Positions 38,519 to 50,543 of a DNA stretch of 64,000 nucleotides are shown in pieces. The translations under genes and the position numbers were made by a program. Origin of the DNA: Callorhinchus milii (lineage: Eukaryota); assembly GCF_018977255.1 (NCBI RefSeq), contig NW_024704743.1, positions 1,860,001 through 1,924,000 on the forward strand, read 5' to 3'. The notes below the pieces were generated by a model. It saw nothing but the letters and a program-made list of their open reading frames with translations. It did no database searches and was not told where the DNA came from. Position 1 is the first letter of the stretch, and each line of letters begins with the position of its first letter.

Positions 38519-39089
38519 GTAGGTACTTAATTTCGTTGTCAGGGAACGAGTGAAGTTTTCCAATGTAGTCACAGTGAAGAGTACAGTGTAGGTTTACGGG
38601 GGCGATATCAGGCCTGGCAGGACAGACTGGATAGGTTCGGCCTCTGATATATAATAATAATAATAATCCTCGCATTTCGTACGTCTTATCACGTCTTCGA
38701 GACGTCTCAAAGCGCTTCACGGGATAGATACACTGTAAAGTGTAGTGACTGCGTGTTTTGTGGGCGAAACGCGGCAGCCAGTTGCGCACAGCAGTGTCCC
38801 CAGAAACATCCGTGGGTTGAAGTGACCGATTTAAGAGGAAGCCAGACCTTCACATGAGGGAGAGGGGGAATATAGAAGGGCGTGGGAGGGAGGGAGGGAG
38901 TGGGGGGGAGGGAGGAGGGGAGTGGGGGAGAGAGGGGGAGGAGCCGGACGTGGAGACACGTATAAAGTACAAACGCAGGCGCGGACCAGTTGGAGCGAGC
39001 GTCCTGTTTCCCGCGCTGTACGTTCCGTGTAAATCCCGGCGCCGGTTTGTAAGCGATTCCTTGCTAAGTGGAGCCCCTTCTCTCTTCAG

Positions 39090-39211
39090 CGCAGAGACCA
39101 ACAGCAACTTTAACAGACAGTGCCTCTCGTGCGACCTGAAGCTGCCAAACTGCACCTACTTCAGTGCGTTGTTCAGCCGCAGGATGAGCTACTTCCTGCT
39201 GCGCTGTAAAG
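39090..39211 (+). CDS. DPP6: DPP6 exon: AETNSNFNRQCLSCDLKLPNCTYFSALFSRRMSYFLLRCK
   Basis: ttcag/gtaagg boundaries; 122 nt; NFNRQCLSCDL cysteine motif. Confidence 0.95.
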
Positions 39212-41206
39212 GTAAGGGGTTCCTTATTTACCCACGACAGCGACGACCACCACAACAACAACTTACATTCGCTGAGGACACCGAGCAAGGGGGAAAGGGG
39301 AGAAGATTGGTGGCTGTAGGCGAGGCCAACAAACAAACAAACAAACAAACAAATAAACAAACAACAACAAATGACACTTGTGTACACTCCCTTCACATCG
39401 GAAAGACTACCCGGGGCGCTGGACAATCCGGGTTTTTTTTGGACCCGATCAGGATCAGGAGGGGTGGAGGGTGGCGGATGAGGTGGGGGCGGTAGGTGAC
39501 CGAAGGCACGGTCAAAGAGGAAGGTCATTAGCCGGGACTTGAAGGACGGGAGGGAGGGAGGGAGGGGGCGAGACAGAGGGAATGAGGGAGGGAGTGACAA
39601 GAGTTTGTCGTCGTCGTTCTGTGTTTTAAGCGTCTCAGCAAATGCCAGTCGTCGTGTTATTGCATCGAGTCTCTCAGAGCAGAGCTTCTTGTTATCTCGG
39701 CCTCGTTACTGATGCGCATCAGGGGTCGTGTGGTGGAAGCAGAGGATGGAAGTGATCCGATTCCACACGAGGCCGGAGTGACGAATCGTTCCCGGCCGCA
39801 AACATGAATAATTAACCAATAATCAATAGCAACAATAATTATTAATCACAGGTTGTTCCTGTAGCTACTGTTTTCCTGTGGGTCTGCAGAGCTGATCTGC
39901 TTCATCTCTGGAGACCTTACTCTCCCTCTCTCTCTCTCTGGCTCTCTTCTCTCTCTCTTTTTTGCTCTCTCTCGCTTTCTCTCTCTCTCTCTCCTTCCCG
40001 CCCTGATCTCTTGAATCATTTATGAGCCCTGCAGTGAGCCAGAGCAGAAGCTGCCGGGCACTGATCTCAATGGCTTTTTGATTGCACGGCTCTGTAGTAA
40101 TAATAATAATCCCGGCATTTGACACAGCGCCTCATCACGTCTTCGAGACGTCTCAAAGCGCTTCACAGGCCACGCTGTAATGTGAATTAAGTGCGAGACA
40201 TGCCAATGAATCTTCTGCCCTGCTGCGTAAATCTCTTATATTAATGCACTAGTCCAGGTCCAATCTTATCCTCTCAAGTGCCTCGGCCATAATCCTCTGC
40301 TTTCCGAGTAACCGATCGATACGCTGCGTGTGAGCATCATCATCAACACAGAGCCTGTTGCGTGCGGCGCGAGAGCAATAATCAATCGCTCACTGGAGTT
40401 CTGTGACGACAAGACCGTCTGTTATATTGTTCCCTTCTCTCCCCCGCCCCCCCCCCCACCCCCTTCACTGATATTCAATAGACATTAATAATACATCTGC
40501 TGTAGTTTAACCAGTTAAATATGCATCGCTTGCCATTGAAACCCCACCCTAACCTTCAGGCGTGTGACTGGCAAGGGTTGACAGGAGCTGAGTGGGACGA
40601 TTCTGAACGTAGGGGTTATTATTAATAGACAGTTATTTGGGGAGCACTATAGGGCTGTGGGGGAGAGAGAGAGAGAGAGAGAGCGTGGGAGTGGGATTGA
40701 GGATTTTGCTGTCCTGTTTGTGTGCTTCGGGCAGAATCGTTAATCTTTAACCGTCACGATTCGGGGAGATTAAGTTACAGGCAGGTGGAGCCCATCTTGT
40801 GCCGATCGAAAGCGCCAGTAACCTTTACACAACAACAATAATAATCCTCGCATTCAGTAACCCTTTCATAATAATAATAACCCTTTCATGTCAGGACAAC
40901 ATCCTCAAATGCTTCAACGGATACACAGTAAAATACAATGACTGTGTGTTTTGTGGATGAGTGCAGCAGCCAATAATTATTGTAATAATAATAATCCTTA
41001 TATTTGATATATTGCCTTATTATTATTATTAGATTGTTTGTGAAACACTATGTTTCGCCCACAAAATACACAGTCGATTCATTTTACAGTGTATTCTGTG
41101 AAGCGCTTTGAGACGTCTCGCAGGCGTGATAAGGCGCTGTGTCAAATGCCGCGATTATTATTATTAGTATTATTTATGCATGAAGCGCTCAGATAAAACC
41201 AGGTCC

Positions 41207-41380
41207 TAGAATCCATTCGAATAAGCGGCACAGAGACGGGCCATTCGGCCCAACTGGTCCGTGCTGGTGTTTACGCTCCACATGAGCCCTCCTCCTGCCC
41301 TTCCTCAACTAAGCCTTCAACCCTAACCTTGTATTCCATTCTCCCTCGTGTACCTCTCCAGCTTTCCCTCAAATACATCT
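41207..41380 (-). mobile_element. Shark-type CR1/HER1 3' terminal fragment
   Basis: Minus strand ...GGAGCGTAAACACCAGCACGGACCAGTTGGGCCGAATGGCCCGTCTCTGTGC; the GGGC(C/T)GAATGGCC tail also occurs near 22815, 35787, 37525 and 63285. Confidence 0.65.
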
Positions 41381-41487
41381 ACAGGTCCTGATAGCACGTG
41401 CTGTCGGGCTGTGTAAACCCCAGTTGTCCCAGTTGTGCAGTACCTTCTCACTTCCGTTCGTCTGATCTGTTACTTTTATCTTCTCAG

Positions 41488-41535
41488 GTCCAGGAGTGCC
41501 CACAGTCACCGTCCACAGCTCCAGTGACAGCAACA
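41488..41535 (+). CDS. DPP6: DPP6 exon: GPGVPTVTVHSSSDSN
   Basis: tctcag/gtaagt boundaries; 48 nt; GPGVP motif. Confidence 0.94.
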
Positions 41536-42366
41536 GTAAGTATTCGCTGCGACCTCGAGCTTCCAACCTCGGAACACATTCTACACTACAACACACGCAG
41601 TCCCTGTCACAAGCGAGAGGACCCGGGTTCGATTCCTGGGTCAGGGCGAAACATTGGGCAAGTTTCCTCACTACACACACACGAGCGCCTATGTTTACCG
41701 GCAGTCGGTAGGAACCCGGTTGTTAGTCGATTGGCGGATTGCTTTTCCGGATAGGCTCCAGAGAGACCAGAAGCAAAGAGACACACCCCACCAGGGTAAG
41801 AATATTCCAAACGAAATTGCACACACTAACTCTTCGCGTGAAGGCCACGGCGAGCATTCTTTAACTCAATTAAACCAAAGACTTTCACCCAAACTATATT
41901 TGTTATCACCGGGCCAGAAAACAGCAAGGAGTGGAAAGGATAGAGGGTTGCAATACCTCAGTCGAATGTTTTATTATTGAGCTATAAATGTTTCGCTGTT
42001 ATTGCTTCTGTCTTCAGTTGCCTTTGCCTTCAAGCGATCGATCCGGCTGCAGAGTTGCTAAAGATTTCCTGGGTAACTTTTCTACAATCTTCCTCGAGTC
42101 AGAAAAAGTCAGAATAATAATAATTATTATTATTATTATTATTATTAAACCAGTTCTAAGTCCCCAACGCGGGGCTGGAACCCACAACTTTCCGAATCAG
42201 AGACAGAAAGTGCTCCCCGACTGAGCCAGGCTGACACCCCTGTTCAGAACAATTTTCTGGAACAGATAATCAGTAAGGAATCCGGGTAATAAACGCCACA
42301 GGTTGGACTCAGCGCTTGGAGGGATTGTACAGTGAGCTCGAATTCCCCGCTCTCTTTCTCCTTCAG

Positions 42367-42465
42367 GCTACATTGTCCTGGAGGAAAACGGTGAACTCCG
42401 CGACCACCTCAAAACCAAGCAGATGCCCAACATCGAGATGAGAGATGTCCTGATAGAGGAATACA
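42367..42465 (+). CDS. DPP6: DPP6 exon: YIVLEENGELRDHLKTKQMPNIEMRDVLIEEY
   Basis: ttcag/gtgagt boundaries; 99 nt; LE-N...QMP motif. Confidence 0.92.
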
Positions 42466-43607
42466 GTGAGTAGCTGCCAGACATCGTGATAATAAAACAG
42501 TAATAACCGTAATGTTAACAATAATAACAATGCGTTTGATATCAGTGTAAATTGGTTCTGTAATGTGTGGTGACATCTCCTCCTCTCTGTGTGTTTTTTC
42601 CGGTCATTGTTACGACTGGACGAGTTGCTTGTATTTTTTAACTCTTATTTTGTAAAATTTCCATCCCCCCCTCCCTCATCATCCTCCTCCTTGCCCCTCT
42701 TCCCCCTTCCCACACCCCCAACCCCCCCACCTCATCCCCATCCCGGGCATTGTAAGATTATATCTGTTATCCCTCCATGCCCTTGCACCTCCCTACTGCT
42801 CCGATTTCCTTACCCACCCCCACCCCACCATGGGTGCCTGTGTCTTCAGCCACTGCCACTCTCTCTCTCCATCCCTCCACCTCTCCCCCCTTCCTTCCCC
42901 TCAATGCCTCCTTCAAATCCCGCCTAAAGACCTTCCTTTTTGACGGTTTTGGGTCCCCTCCCTCCCTCCCTCTCCCCACCCCTTGGCTCGGGGTCAGACT
43001 CCTCCACTGTCAAGCTCTCCCGGACCCCACCCCACGCGAAGGGGGCGCAGTGTATAATCCTTCTTGTCTGTCTGTTGGTGTTGTACCGGTGCCTGTTCTA
43101 ACGGGAGGAACCCGAACATCATGGATGGAACCCAGGCTTCAAACTCCCATCAGTGTCAGTAAAGCACTCAGGAACCACAGGTTAAATGTGACTGATTTGC
43201 ACTTAAATCACAATAGGTTGCCTGTGGGGGGTGGAGGGGGGGGGGAGGGCATCAATAATTCACGTGTGGCGTGTAACTTATTTATGCTTACACACAAAGA
43301 AAAAAAACCAATCGACTATCTGTCTGAGGGTTAAATATGTGATTTGCTGCCTTTTTGTCTATCGATCCAGTCTGCTACCCGTCTCCATTCACTCCAGTCC
43401 AGAAAATCGTTGCCCTTGAGTGTCTTCCCGAGGCTGGGAATTTGAAAGCAATAAGCTTCGGATTGCTTTGCCCGCTGCAAGGCCGGCCCTTGTTGATCGC
43501 TGGCAGATTCGAGCGCAGGTCTGCGGCCTCGGAACGACACCCCTATTTTGGGAGGGCCGACACACTGGCGAGAGGCAAGCCGGGCTGTTTAGTAATCGGA
43601 GACCACA

Positions 43608-44002
43608 TCTCAAGAGGGATCCGGTAGAGGTGTATAAAAATGTAAACGCCGTTGAGAAAGTAAACCCAGAACAATACTTTGAGACGCACTAAAGGCAGTG
43701 GAACAAGAGGACATAATAATAATCATAATAATAATCATAATAATGATAAGCCTTGCATTTGAGATAGAGCCTTATCAAGTCCTTCGAGACGTCTCACAGC
43801 GCTGCACAGGATATACCGTAACGTGTAGTGACTGTGTGTTTCGTGGATGCCATAGGTTGAGAGTCGCAAAAGGCAATTTCGGGACAGACACGAGAAAGCT
43901 TTTCTTTCTTGACCCTGAGGGTAATTAACAACTGGGAGGGAGGCTGATTGAGGCCGAGACACTGGGAATTCATTTAGAAAGAGACTTGACGCTGTGATGG
44001 GC
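43608..44002 (+). mobile_element. CR1 LINE fragment interrupted by an antisense SINE tail (about 43716-43850)
   Basis: VEVYKNVNAVEKVNPEQYF..TRGH | insert | HRLRVAKGNFGTDTRKLFF..RVINNW. Confidence 0.75.
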
Positions 44003-44496
44003 GAATCCTGTGAAGCGCTTTGAGACATCCTCCCGACCAGCGGTGTATCCAACGCAAGGATTATTATTATTATTATATTATAAGCTGTTCTGCTTTGGGG
44101 TGAATTACTACAGCCTGTCTTCCCTCAACCCCCTCCACCTCCATCCCGTTCCCCCTCCCAAGGTAGCGGGGCCCCCTCCCCACGCCCCCACTTAGGCCAC
44201 ACTGCGTTTTCTAAAGACAACTTGCATGTCATTTACACACGGCGCCTCTCACGTCAGGAGGACGTCCCAAGGCGCTGGACAGTTAGGGATCTGGACCCGA
44301 GCCGGTGAGTTGGGATCAGGAGGGGGTGGAGGACAGGGAGGAGGGTGACCAAAGGCGCAGTTGGGTCTTGAGGACGGGTCTTGAAGGAGGCGAGAGAGTG
44401 GGCGAGGCAGAGGGACTGTGGGATGGAGTTCCCGAGGGTGGGGGCAGAGAGGCTGAAGGCCCGTCCGCAAATGGTGGGGCAGGCGAGGCGGGAGAC

Positions 44497-44533
<37 letters not shown>

Positions 44534-44759
44534 GGAGAGACGCCCCCCCCTGCTTACCTAATTCCGGAGAGTATTAAGCACAGGTTGGCGAGAGCCAAGG
44601 CTTGGGGGGAGCCCAGAGTGTACGTTGGGGGTAACTGCTGGTTAGAATCAGCTGAAAAACGCATAGTTTATCATAGAGAGAGAGAGAGAGAGAGAGCGCT
44701 GTCTGTAGGGCTTAACCTTGAAAGACCAGTGAATGTCACTTTGCCTCAATGTTTTGCAG

Positions 44760-44829
44760 ATTTGAGGATGAAGATTATGAAGCCGGCAGGATTTGTCGAG
44801 GTCTCCCATTACCCTCTGCTGCTCATTGT
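44760..44829 (+). CDS. DPP6: DPP6 exon: LRMKIMKPAGFVEVSHYPLLLI
   Basis: ttgcag/gtgagt boundaries; 70 nt; HYPLLL motif. Confidence 0.94.
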
Positions 44830-45570
44830 GTGAGTCTTGCTCTGCCCAGCCAACGAGTGATTAAAATACCTAGAATCACAGACGCGAACCAGTCCCACTC
44901 CCCCGCTCTTTCCCCATAAAACACCTGTTTGTTATCCCATTGAACGAGAATCCAATTGTATCTATTGAAGCTATTTTCACCTTTATATTTCACTCACCGC
45001 ACTTTACCTCCTTCAACCATCTGTTTACCGGCAGTTAGTAGGAACCCGGTTGTTCGACGATTTATGGATCGCTTTCCCGAGGGTAATAATCCCTTCAAAA
45101 TAAATATAAATAAATTGGTCACTCAACCCACGGCTGTTTGTGGGGACGCTGCTGTGCGCAATTGGCTGCCGCGTTTCGCCCACAAAACATACCTTACAGT
45201 GTATCCTGTGAAGCGCTTTGAGACGTCTCGATGACGTGATCAGGCGCTGTGTCAGATGCCGGGATTATTATTAATATTATTATAAGAGCCCTGACAAGTT
45301 GTGTCACCCTGGCTCTCGCCCCTGAGACAGAAGACCGGGTTCCTTACTCACCGCTGGGCAAACTGAGACGTGTGTGTGTGTGTGTGTGTGGAGTGAGGAA
45401 ACTTGCCCAATGTCTCGCCCTGACCCGCCCGGGAATCGAACCCGGGTCCTCTCGCTTGCGAGGCGAGGGCTCTAACCCCTGAGCTACTGGGACTCCGCAA
45501 CCACTTGTTTTGTGCCGTTGCAACAAATGCAACGATGATCGGTGATGGTGTGTGTGATATTTCCCTCCAG

Positions 45571-45765
45571 TGATGGCACCCCAGGGAGCCAACTAGTGAC
45601 AGAGCAGTTCCAGACAGGCTGGCCCTCAGCGCTGGCGAGCTCCCTCAACGCCATCGTGGTGAAGTTTGACGGACGTGGCAGCGGTTTCCAAGGCACCAAA
45701 CTTTTATACGAAGTCCAGAACAAACTGGGCATCGTGGAGGAGAAGGATCAAATCGAAGCTTTGAG
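45571..45765 (+). CDS. DPP6: DPP6 exon: [64 protein letters not shown]
   Basis: ccag/gtgaat boundaries; 195 nt; [10 protein letters not shown]9 peptidase motif; DGTPGSQ is DPP6-type. Confidence 0.97.
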
Positions 45766-45934
45766 GTGAATTCCTTTCGATTGTAATAATGGTCATTATT
45801 ATCATAATAGCTTTAAAGAATCGATTGTAAGAATGATAATAATAATAATAATAATAATCGGAATCATAAAAATTTCGATTGAATTTATGATTCAACCCAA
45901 AGTTTTTTTTGAAGTGGGGGGGGAGGAGGGACGG

Positions 45935-46473
45935 AAACCCATCACCGTTGTTTAAGAGTCTCCAAACCGCAGCTGAGAATTCCCCGCCTCCCACCTACAG
46001 CTGGAAACCCCAGAGATAGATCGTTGGAATGGAATGCACTCTCTCTCTCTCTCTCTCTCTCTCTCCCTGGAGGGTCGCACCCCACTGACCTAATTCCGGA
46101 GAGTATTAGGCGCAGCTTGGCGAGAGCCGAGGCTTGGGGAGGGGGGGGCAGGAGCCCAGAGTGTGCGTTGGAGGTAACGGCTGGAGTCTAACCAGCTAAG
46201 ACCACATTAGCTTACCATCGAGAGCGCTGTCTGGCCAAGCTTTCCCGCTGCTTGTCCGGCTGGGACCACCCTCCCCGTTAGGTAGTCAGGGCTTTTGGCT
46301 GCGGGGTTACCAGGAGCCGAGTGGGAGGATTCCCTGCCCCCAGTGACCGGTCGGCACTTCAGGTTCCTGCCGATGGATGAGCCGGGGCCGGGCTGAGCTG
46401 CCGTCAGCGGTGAGCGCCCTGGGATACTGCGGCCCCTCCTGGCTCAGGAGCCGGGGGCTGGAGACCGGCACAG
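45935..46473. repeat. Longest copy of an unclassified GC-rich dispersed repeat; other copies at 2357-2614, 13850-14085, 44500-44705, 26550-26640 and 19755-19850 (reverse)
   Basis: Shared blocks such as GGTTGGCGAGAGCC, TTAACCAGCTAAAACCGCATAGC and GCTGTCTGGCCAAGCTTTCCCG...GGAGACCGGCACAG. Confidence 0.8.
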
Positions 46474-46533
46474 AGGGTGCAGTCCAGCCCTGGCCGGTTC
46501 CTCTTGGTCTGACCCGGTGCATTGATGTTTCAG

Positions 46534-46588
46534 AACGTTGTTGAAGGAGCCGTACGTCGACAAGACCAGAGTTGCAGTGTTTGGCCAG
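46534..46588 (+). CDS. DPP6: DPP6 exon: TLLKEPYVDKTRVAVFGQ
   Basis: tttcag/gtaacg boundaries; 55 nt. Confidence 0.95.
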
Positions 46589-47600
46589 GTAACGTGCCTG
46601 CTCTCGTATCCCATTCAAATCCTTCCAGGGACCAGTCCGTGTCTTCAGTTATGTGCTGTCACCTAGTGGGCTGCTGGTAAGATAACACCAGAGCATGGAA
46701 TCGTAGAACATTACAGCGCAGAAGGAGGCGCTGCCCCCCCCCCCCCCCCCACACCACCCCCCCCCTCACCCCCTCTTTCCCCACATCCCTGCAAATTTTT
46801 CACCACGAGCACAAACAATAGCAGCAGTAATAATAATGTGGTCGCTTCAACCCGCGGCTGTTTGCGGGAGGGACGCTGCTGTGCGCACACTTTACAGTCC
46901 ATCCTGCAAAGCGCTTTGAGACGTCTCGAAGGCATGATGAGGCGTTGCGTCAAAGGCAAACGGAAGGCTTATGAAACTGAGCCAGATTGACACACAATAT
47001 GTAGCACAATGTTCAGCATAGAGATTGACAAGCCATCCCCCCGGTCATCCCCGAGCTCTCACGAATCTTGTAAATTCAAATGATTAATGTTTCCGAACAT
47101 CTCTTGTCGGTCTGCTTGTGCGGTCACACAGAAAAAAATGATGGTGTTTCTGACAGTATCTCGCTATTCAATCGGAATATTAACAGCTCCTGCTTTGCCA
47201 TGTCTCTGAAATTTAATTTTATACCATCGACCACACATGGCAACTCAAACCCAAACGTAAATTTGTAGCCTTGCAAAGCTTCGGGCCGGTCGGGACCCAT
47301 CCCGTCAGATCAGCGTCGGCAAAGAAAATTAATTCGAACTTTTCTACAAGTCGTACTTGCGTTTAAACTGGCGCCTCATCTCGTCACTGAGACATCTCGA
47401 GACGCTTCACAAATCCGACTGTTTGTGGGGACGTCGCTGGGCGCAATCACAGCGTGTCCTGTGAAGCGCTTTGAGACGGCTCGAAGACGCGACGAGGCGC
47501 GGTGTCGAATGCCAGGGTCGTTGTTATCGTTATTACGCTCAGCGTCAATCACTGGAGTACAACGAAACCTCACCTTCTTCATCCGTGTTGTTCTCCCAAG

Positions 47601-47700
47601 GCGTACGGAGGTTATCTGAGTTTGCTTCTGCTCACCAACGGAGAGAACATATTCAAGTGCGGGATCGCACTGTCGCCGATCACGGACTTTAAACTGTATG
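47601..47700 (+). CDS. DPP6: DPP6 exon: [33 protein letters not shown] (degenerate nucleophile elbow)
   Basis: cccaag/gtaagc boundaries; 100 nt; YGGY and SPITDFKLY motifs. Confidence 0.95.
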
Positions 47701-48706
47701 GTAAGCGTTGACATCAGTCACACATCAACATCACAAACTGACCACCAGCCTCCTCGGGGGATCAGTTTCCCCCACACAATACACACGACACTTCACGCTG
47801 TATTCAGTGAAGCGCCTTTCGGAGAGGTCTGAACGACGTGATAAGGGGCTATATCGAATGCAAGGACTATTATTGTTGTTATGATTGTTGTTATGATTGA
47901 GGCAAATTGGAATCCATTGAACTGCGATACCAATTTATATACCAATAAAATAAATAATAATAATTCAAGGTCACTCAATCCACTGCTGCTGTTTGTGGGG
48001 AACGCTGCTGTGCGCAATCGGCTGCCGCGTTTCTCCCACAAAGTACACAGTCACTACACTTTACAGTGTATCCCGTGAAGCACTTTGGGACGTCTCTAAG
48101 ACGTGATCAAACTCTGTGTCAAATGCCGGGATTATTATTATTATTATACAAGACAATTTACATTTACCCGCCTGCCTTTCACGGTGAGAGCGCACGTCTC
48201 AAATGGATGGGGTGAGAGTCTGGGAGGGGCGGGCGGGGACGGGATGGAGGGAGATTGGGGACGGGGGTTAAGATAACTCAAAGGGAGGTATGTTTCGGGA
48301 GACGCCTTCAAAGAGGGAACGAGTCGAAGGGACTCCGGCACAGGCAGAGTTTGACGAGTGCTTGAGAGGGGGATATCCTGCCCCCCCAGATTCACACTTG
48401 GCAGACCCTGGCAGACCCTGGCCCAGGTACTGATGAAATATGGTGGTGGTGGGGATTGGGGGGGAGTGTGGGGAGAGGCCCGCTCCCATTATAAGGAGGC
48501 CTGTAGCTCAGTGGTTAGAACCCTCGCCTCGCAAGCGAGAGGACCCTGGGTTCGATTCCCGGGCGGGACAGGACAGGGCGAAACATTGGTCAAGTTTCCT
48601 TACTCCACGTGACGTGATAAGGCGCTATATCAAATGCGTGGATTATTGTTCGGATTATTATTATTATTATTATTACGATTTGATCTGTCGTGAATTTTCT
48701 CCACAG

Positions 48707-48765
48707 CCTCTGCTTTTTCCGAGCGGTACCTGGGAGCTCTCGGGAAAGACGACAAAGCGTACGAG
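48707..48765 (+). CDS. DPP6: DPP6 exon: SAFSERYLGALGKDDKAYE
   Basis: cacag/gtaaat boundaries; 59 nt; SAFSERYLG motif. Confidence 0.95.
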
Positions 48766-49080
48766 GTAAATCCCAGAGACGGGTCACAGTCCCTCCCGGA
48801 GTGCAAACGCATCTCTGTTTTTAACACAACGTCTGTGAGTCCATCAGCACAGGAGCCCAGGAATTACTGGAGGACGAACGGCCAAGGTTGTCCTAGTCTG
48901 TCCATCCAGGTAGTCGGCTGCGACAGTAATGGAGGTGTTGGTAGGGGGTTAGCCAGAAAAAAGATCTGAAGGTTCCCAACTCAAAGCAAAAAAAAATATC
49001 TGCAGCCGTATTTGCGATCACTAACTAATTGGTTGAGAAGCAGACACTGAACTGTTAAACTCTTTCCTCTTTGTCCTCAG

Positions 49081-49150
49081 AAGAAGCTGATGTATCGGGT
49101 GCCACGTTTAGAGGACAAGAAGTTAATGTTAATCCACGGGACTGCGGATG
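49081..49150 (+). CDS. DPP6: DPP6 exon: KKLMYRVPRLEDKKLMLIHGTAD
   Basis: ctcag acceptor (CAG-AAG-AAG tandem AGs, so the start could shift by 3 or 6 nt), gtaagt donor; HGTAD motif. Confidence 0.9.
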
Positions 49151-49890
49151 GTAAGTGACCAAGCGAAACCCACAAGAGGCCCAGAGAGCCGTCACCGCCA
49201 AGTCTAACCTCTTCCCACCCGACACCCCCAACATACACACAAACACATGCAACCAGCACAACCTTATGATAATAATAATAATATTAATATAATAATAATC
49301 CTCACATTTCACACAGCGCCTTATCGAGTCTTCGAGACCGTCTCAAAGCGCTTCACAGGATACCCTGTAACGTGTAGTGACTGTGTGTTTTGTGAGCGAA
49401 ATACCACTAAAAGGGGGATTGAGTATTGGAAGAGCGTCAGCATGGCACTCAGTTGATAGCAGGAGGTTGTGGGTTCATCCATCGCTCCATCGGTTGACGC
49501 TCCATCGCAGAGAGGTCCCTCCTGCCTGCTCAGGTGGACGTTAAAGATCCCGCGGTGCTGTTCGAGAAGAGAAGAGAGTTTCTCTCTCTTCCCCCCCCCC
49601 CCCCCCTCTCCCTCTCTCTCTCTCTCTCTCGGTGTCCCTGGCTCTCACCCCCCAAAAAAAAATTGGACACTCACTTCATGGCAGTCTGTGGGAAAAATTG
49701 GCTGCAGAGTTGGGCACAGACTCACTGCACTTTACAGTATATCCTGCAAACCAGCATTCGGGACGTCCTCCCGACGTGAAGTGCGCTGGTACCCAATGTA
49801 AAGATTTTTGTTGTTGTTATTCATGTCAGTTGCATGGATGGCTATTATAACTTGTGTGTGTGTGTGTGTGTGTGTGTGATTCCCTTTCAG

Positions 49891-49964
49891 AAATGGTCCA
49901 TTTCCAGCACACGGCAGAGTTTATAACCCAATTAGTCGAAGCGAAGGCTAACTACTCTTTGCAG
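49891..49964 (+). CDS. DPP6: DPP6 exon: MVHFQHTAEFITQLVEAKANYSLQ
   Basis: tttcag/gtacga boundaries; 74 nt; HFQHTAE...ANYSLQ match. Confidence 0.96.
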
Positions 49965-50111
49965 GTACGATTTATTTCCAGTATCGCTGAGTACGTGGAG
50001 GGGCAAAATCCACGCACTGTCGTTCAGGGGTTAGAGCACTCGCCTCGCAAGCGAGAGGACCCGGGTTCGATTCCCGGGTCAGGGCGAGACGTTGGGCAAG
50101 TTTCCTCACTC

Positions 50112-50142
<31 letters not shown>

Positions 50143-50543
50143 GCCTGTTTACCGGCAGTCAGTAGGAACCCGGCTGTTAGTGGATTGGCGGATCACTTTT
50201 CCGGGGGTAAGAATCCCTTCAAAGATAAGAAATAAATTGGTCCCTCAACCCACGGCTGTTTGCGGGGACGCTGCTGTGCGCAATCGGCTGCCGCCTTTCG
50301 CCCACAAAATACACAGTCGATTCACTGTAAAGTGTATCCCGTGAAGCGCTTTGACGCATACAGACACAGACACACAAATACAGACACACACACACAGACA
50401 CGCACACACAGACACACACATAGACACACACAGACACGCATACAGACGCAACACGTACAGACACGCAAACACAGACACACACACACACGCGCACGCGGAC
50501 CTGTCCCCTGGTTTCTCACTGGCTATTTCACCTGCCTTTGCAG

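Noticed and set aside
46330..46473. HDV-like ribozyme on the minus strand of the unclassified repeat (GCCGGTC/GACCGGT as a possible P1)
   Set aside because: I could not place a canonical P3/L3, P1.1 or J4/2 cytosine by eye; left for a descriptor search
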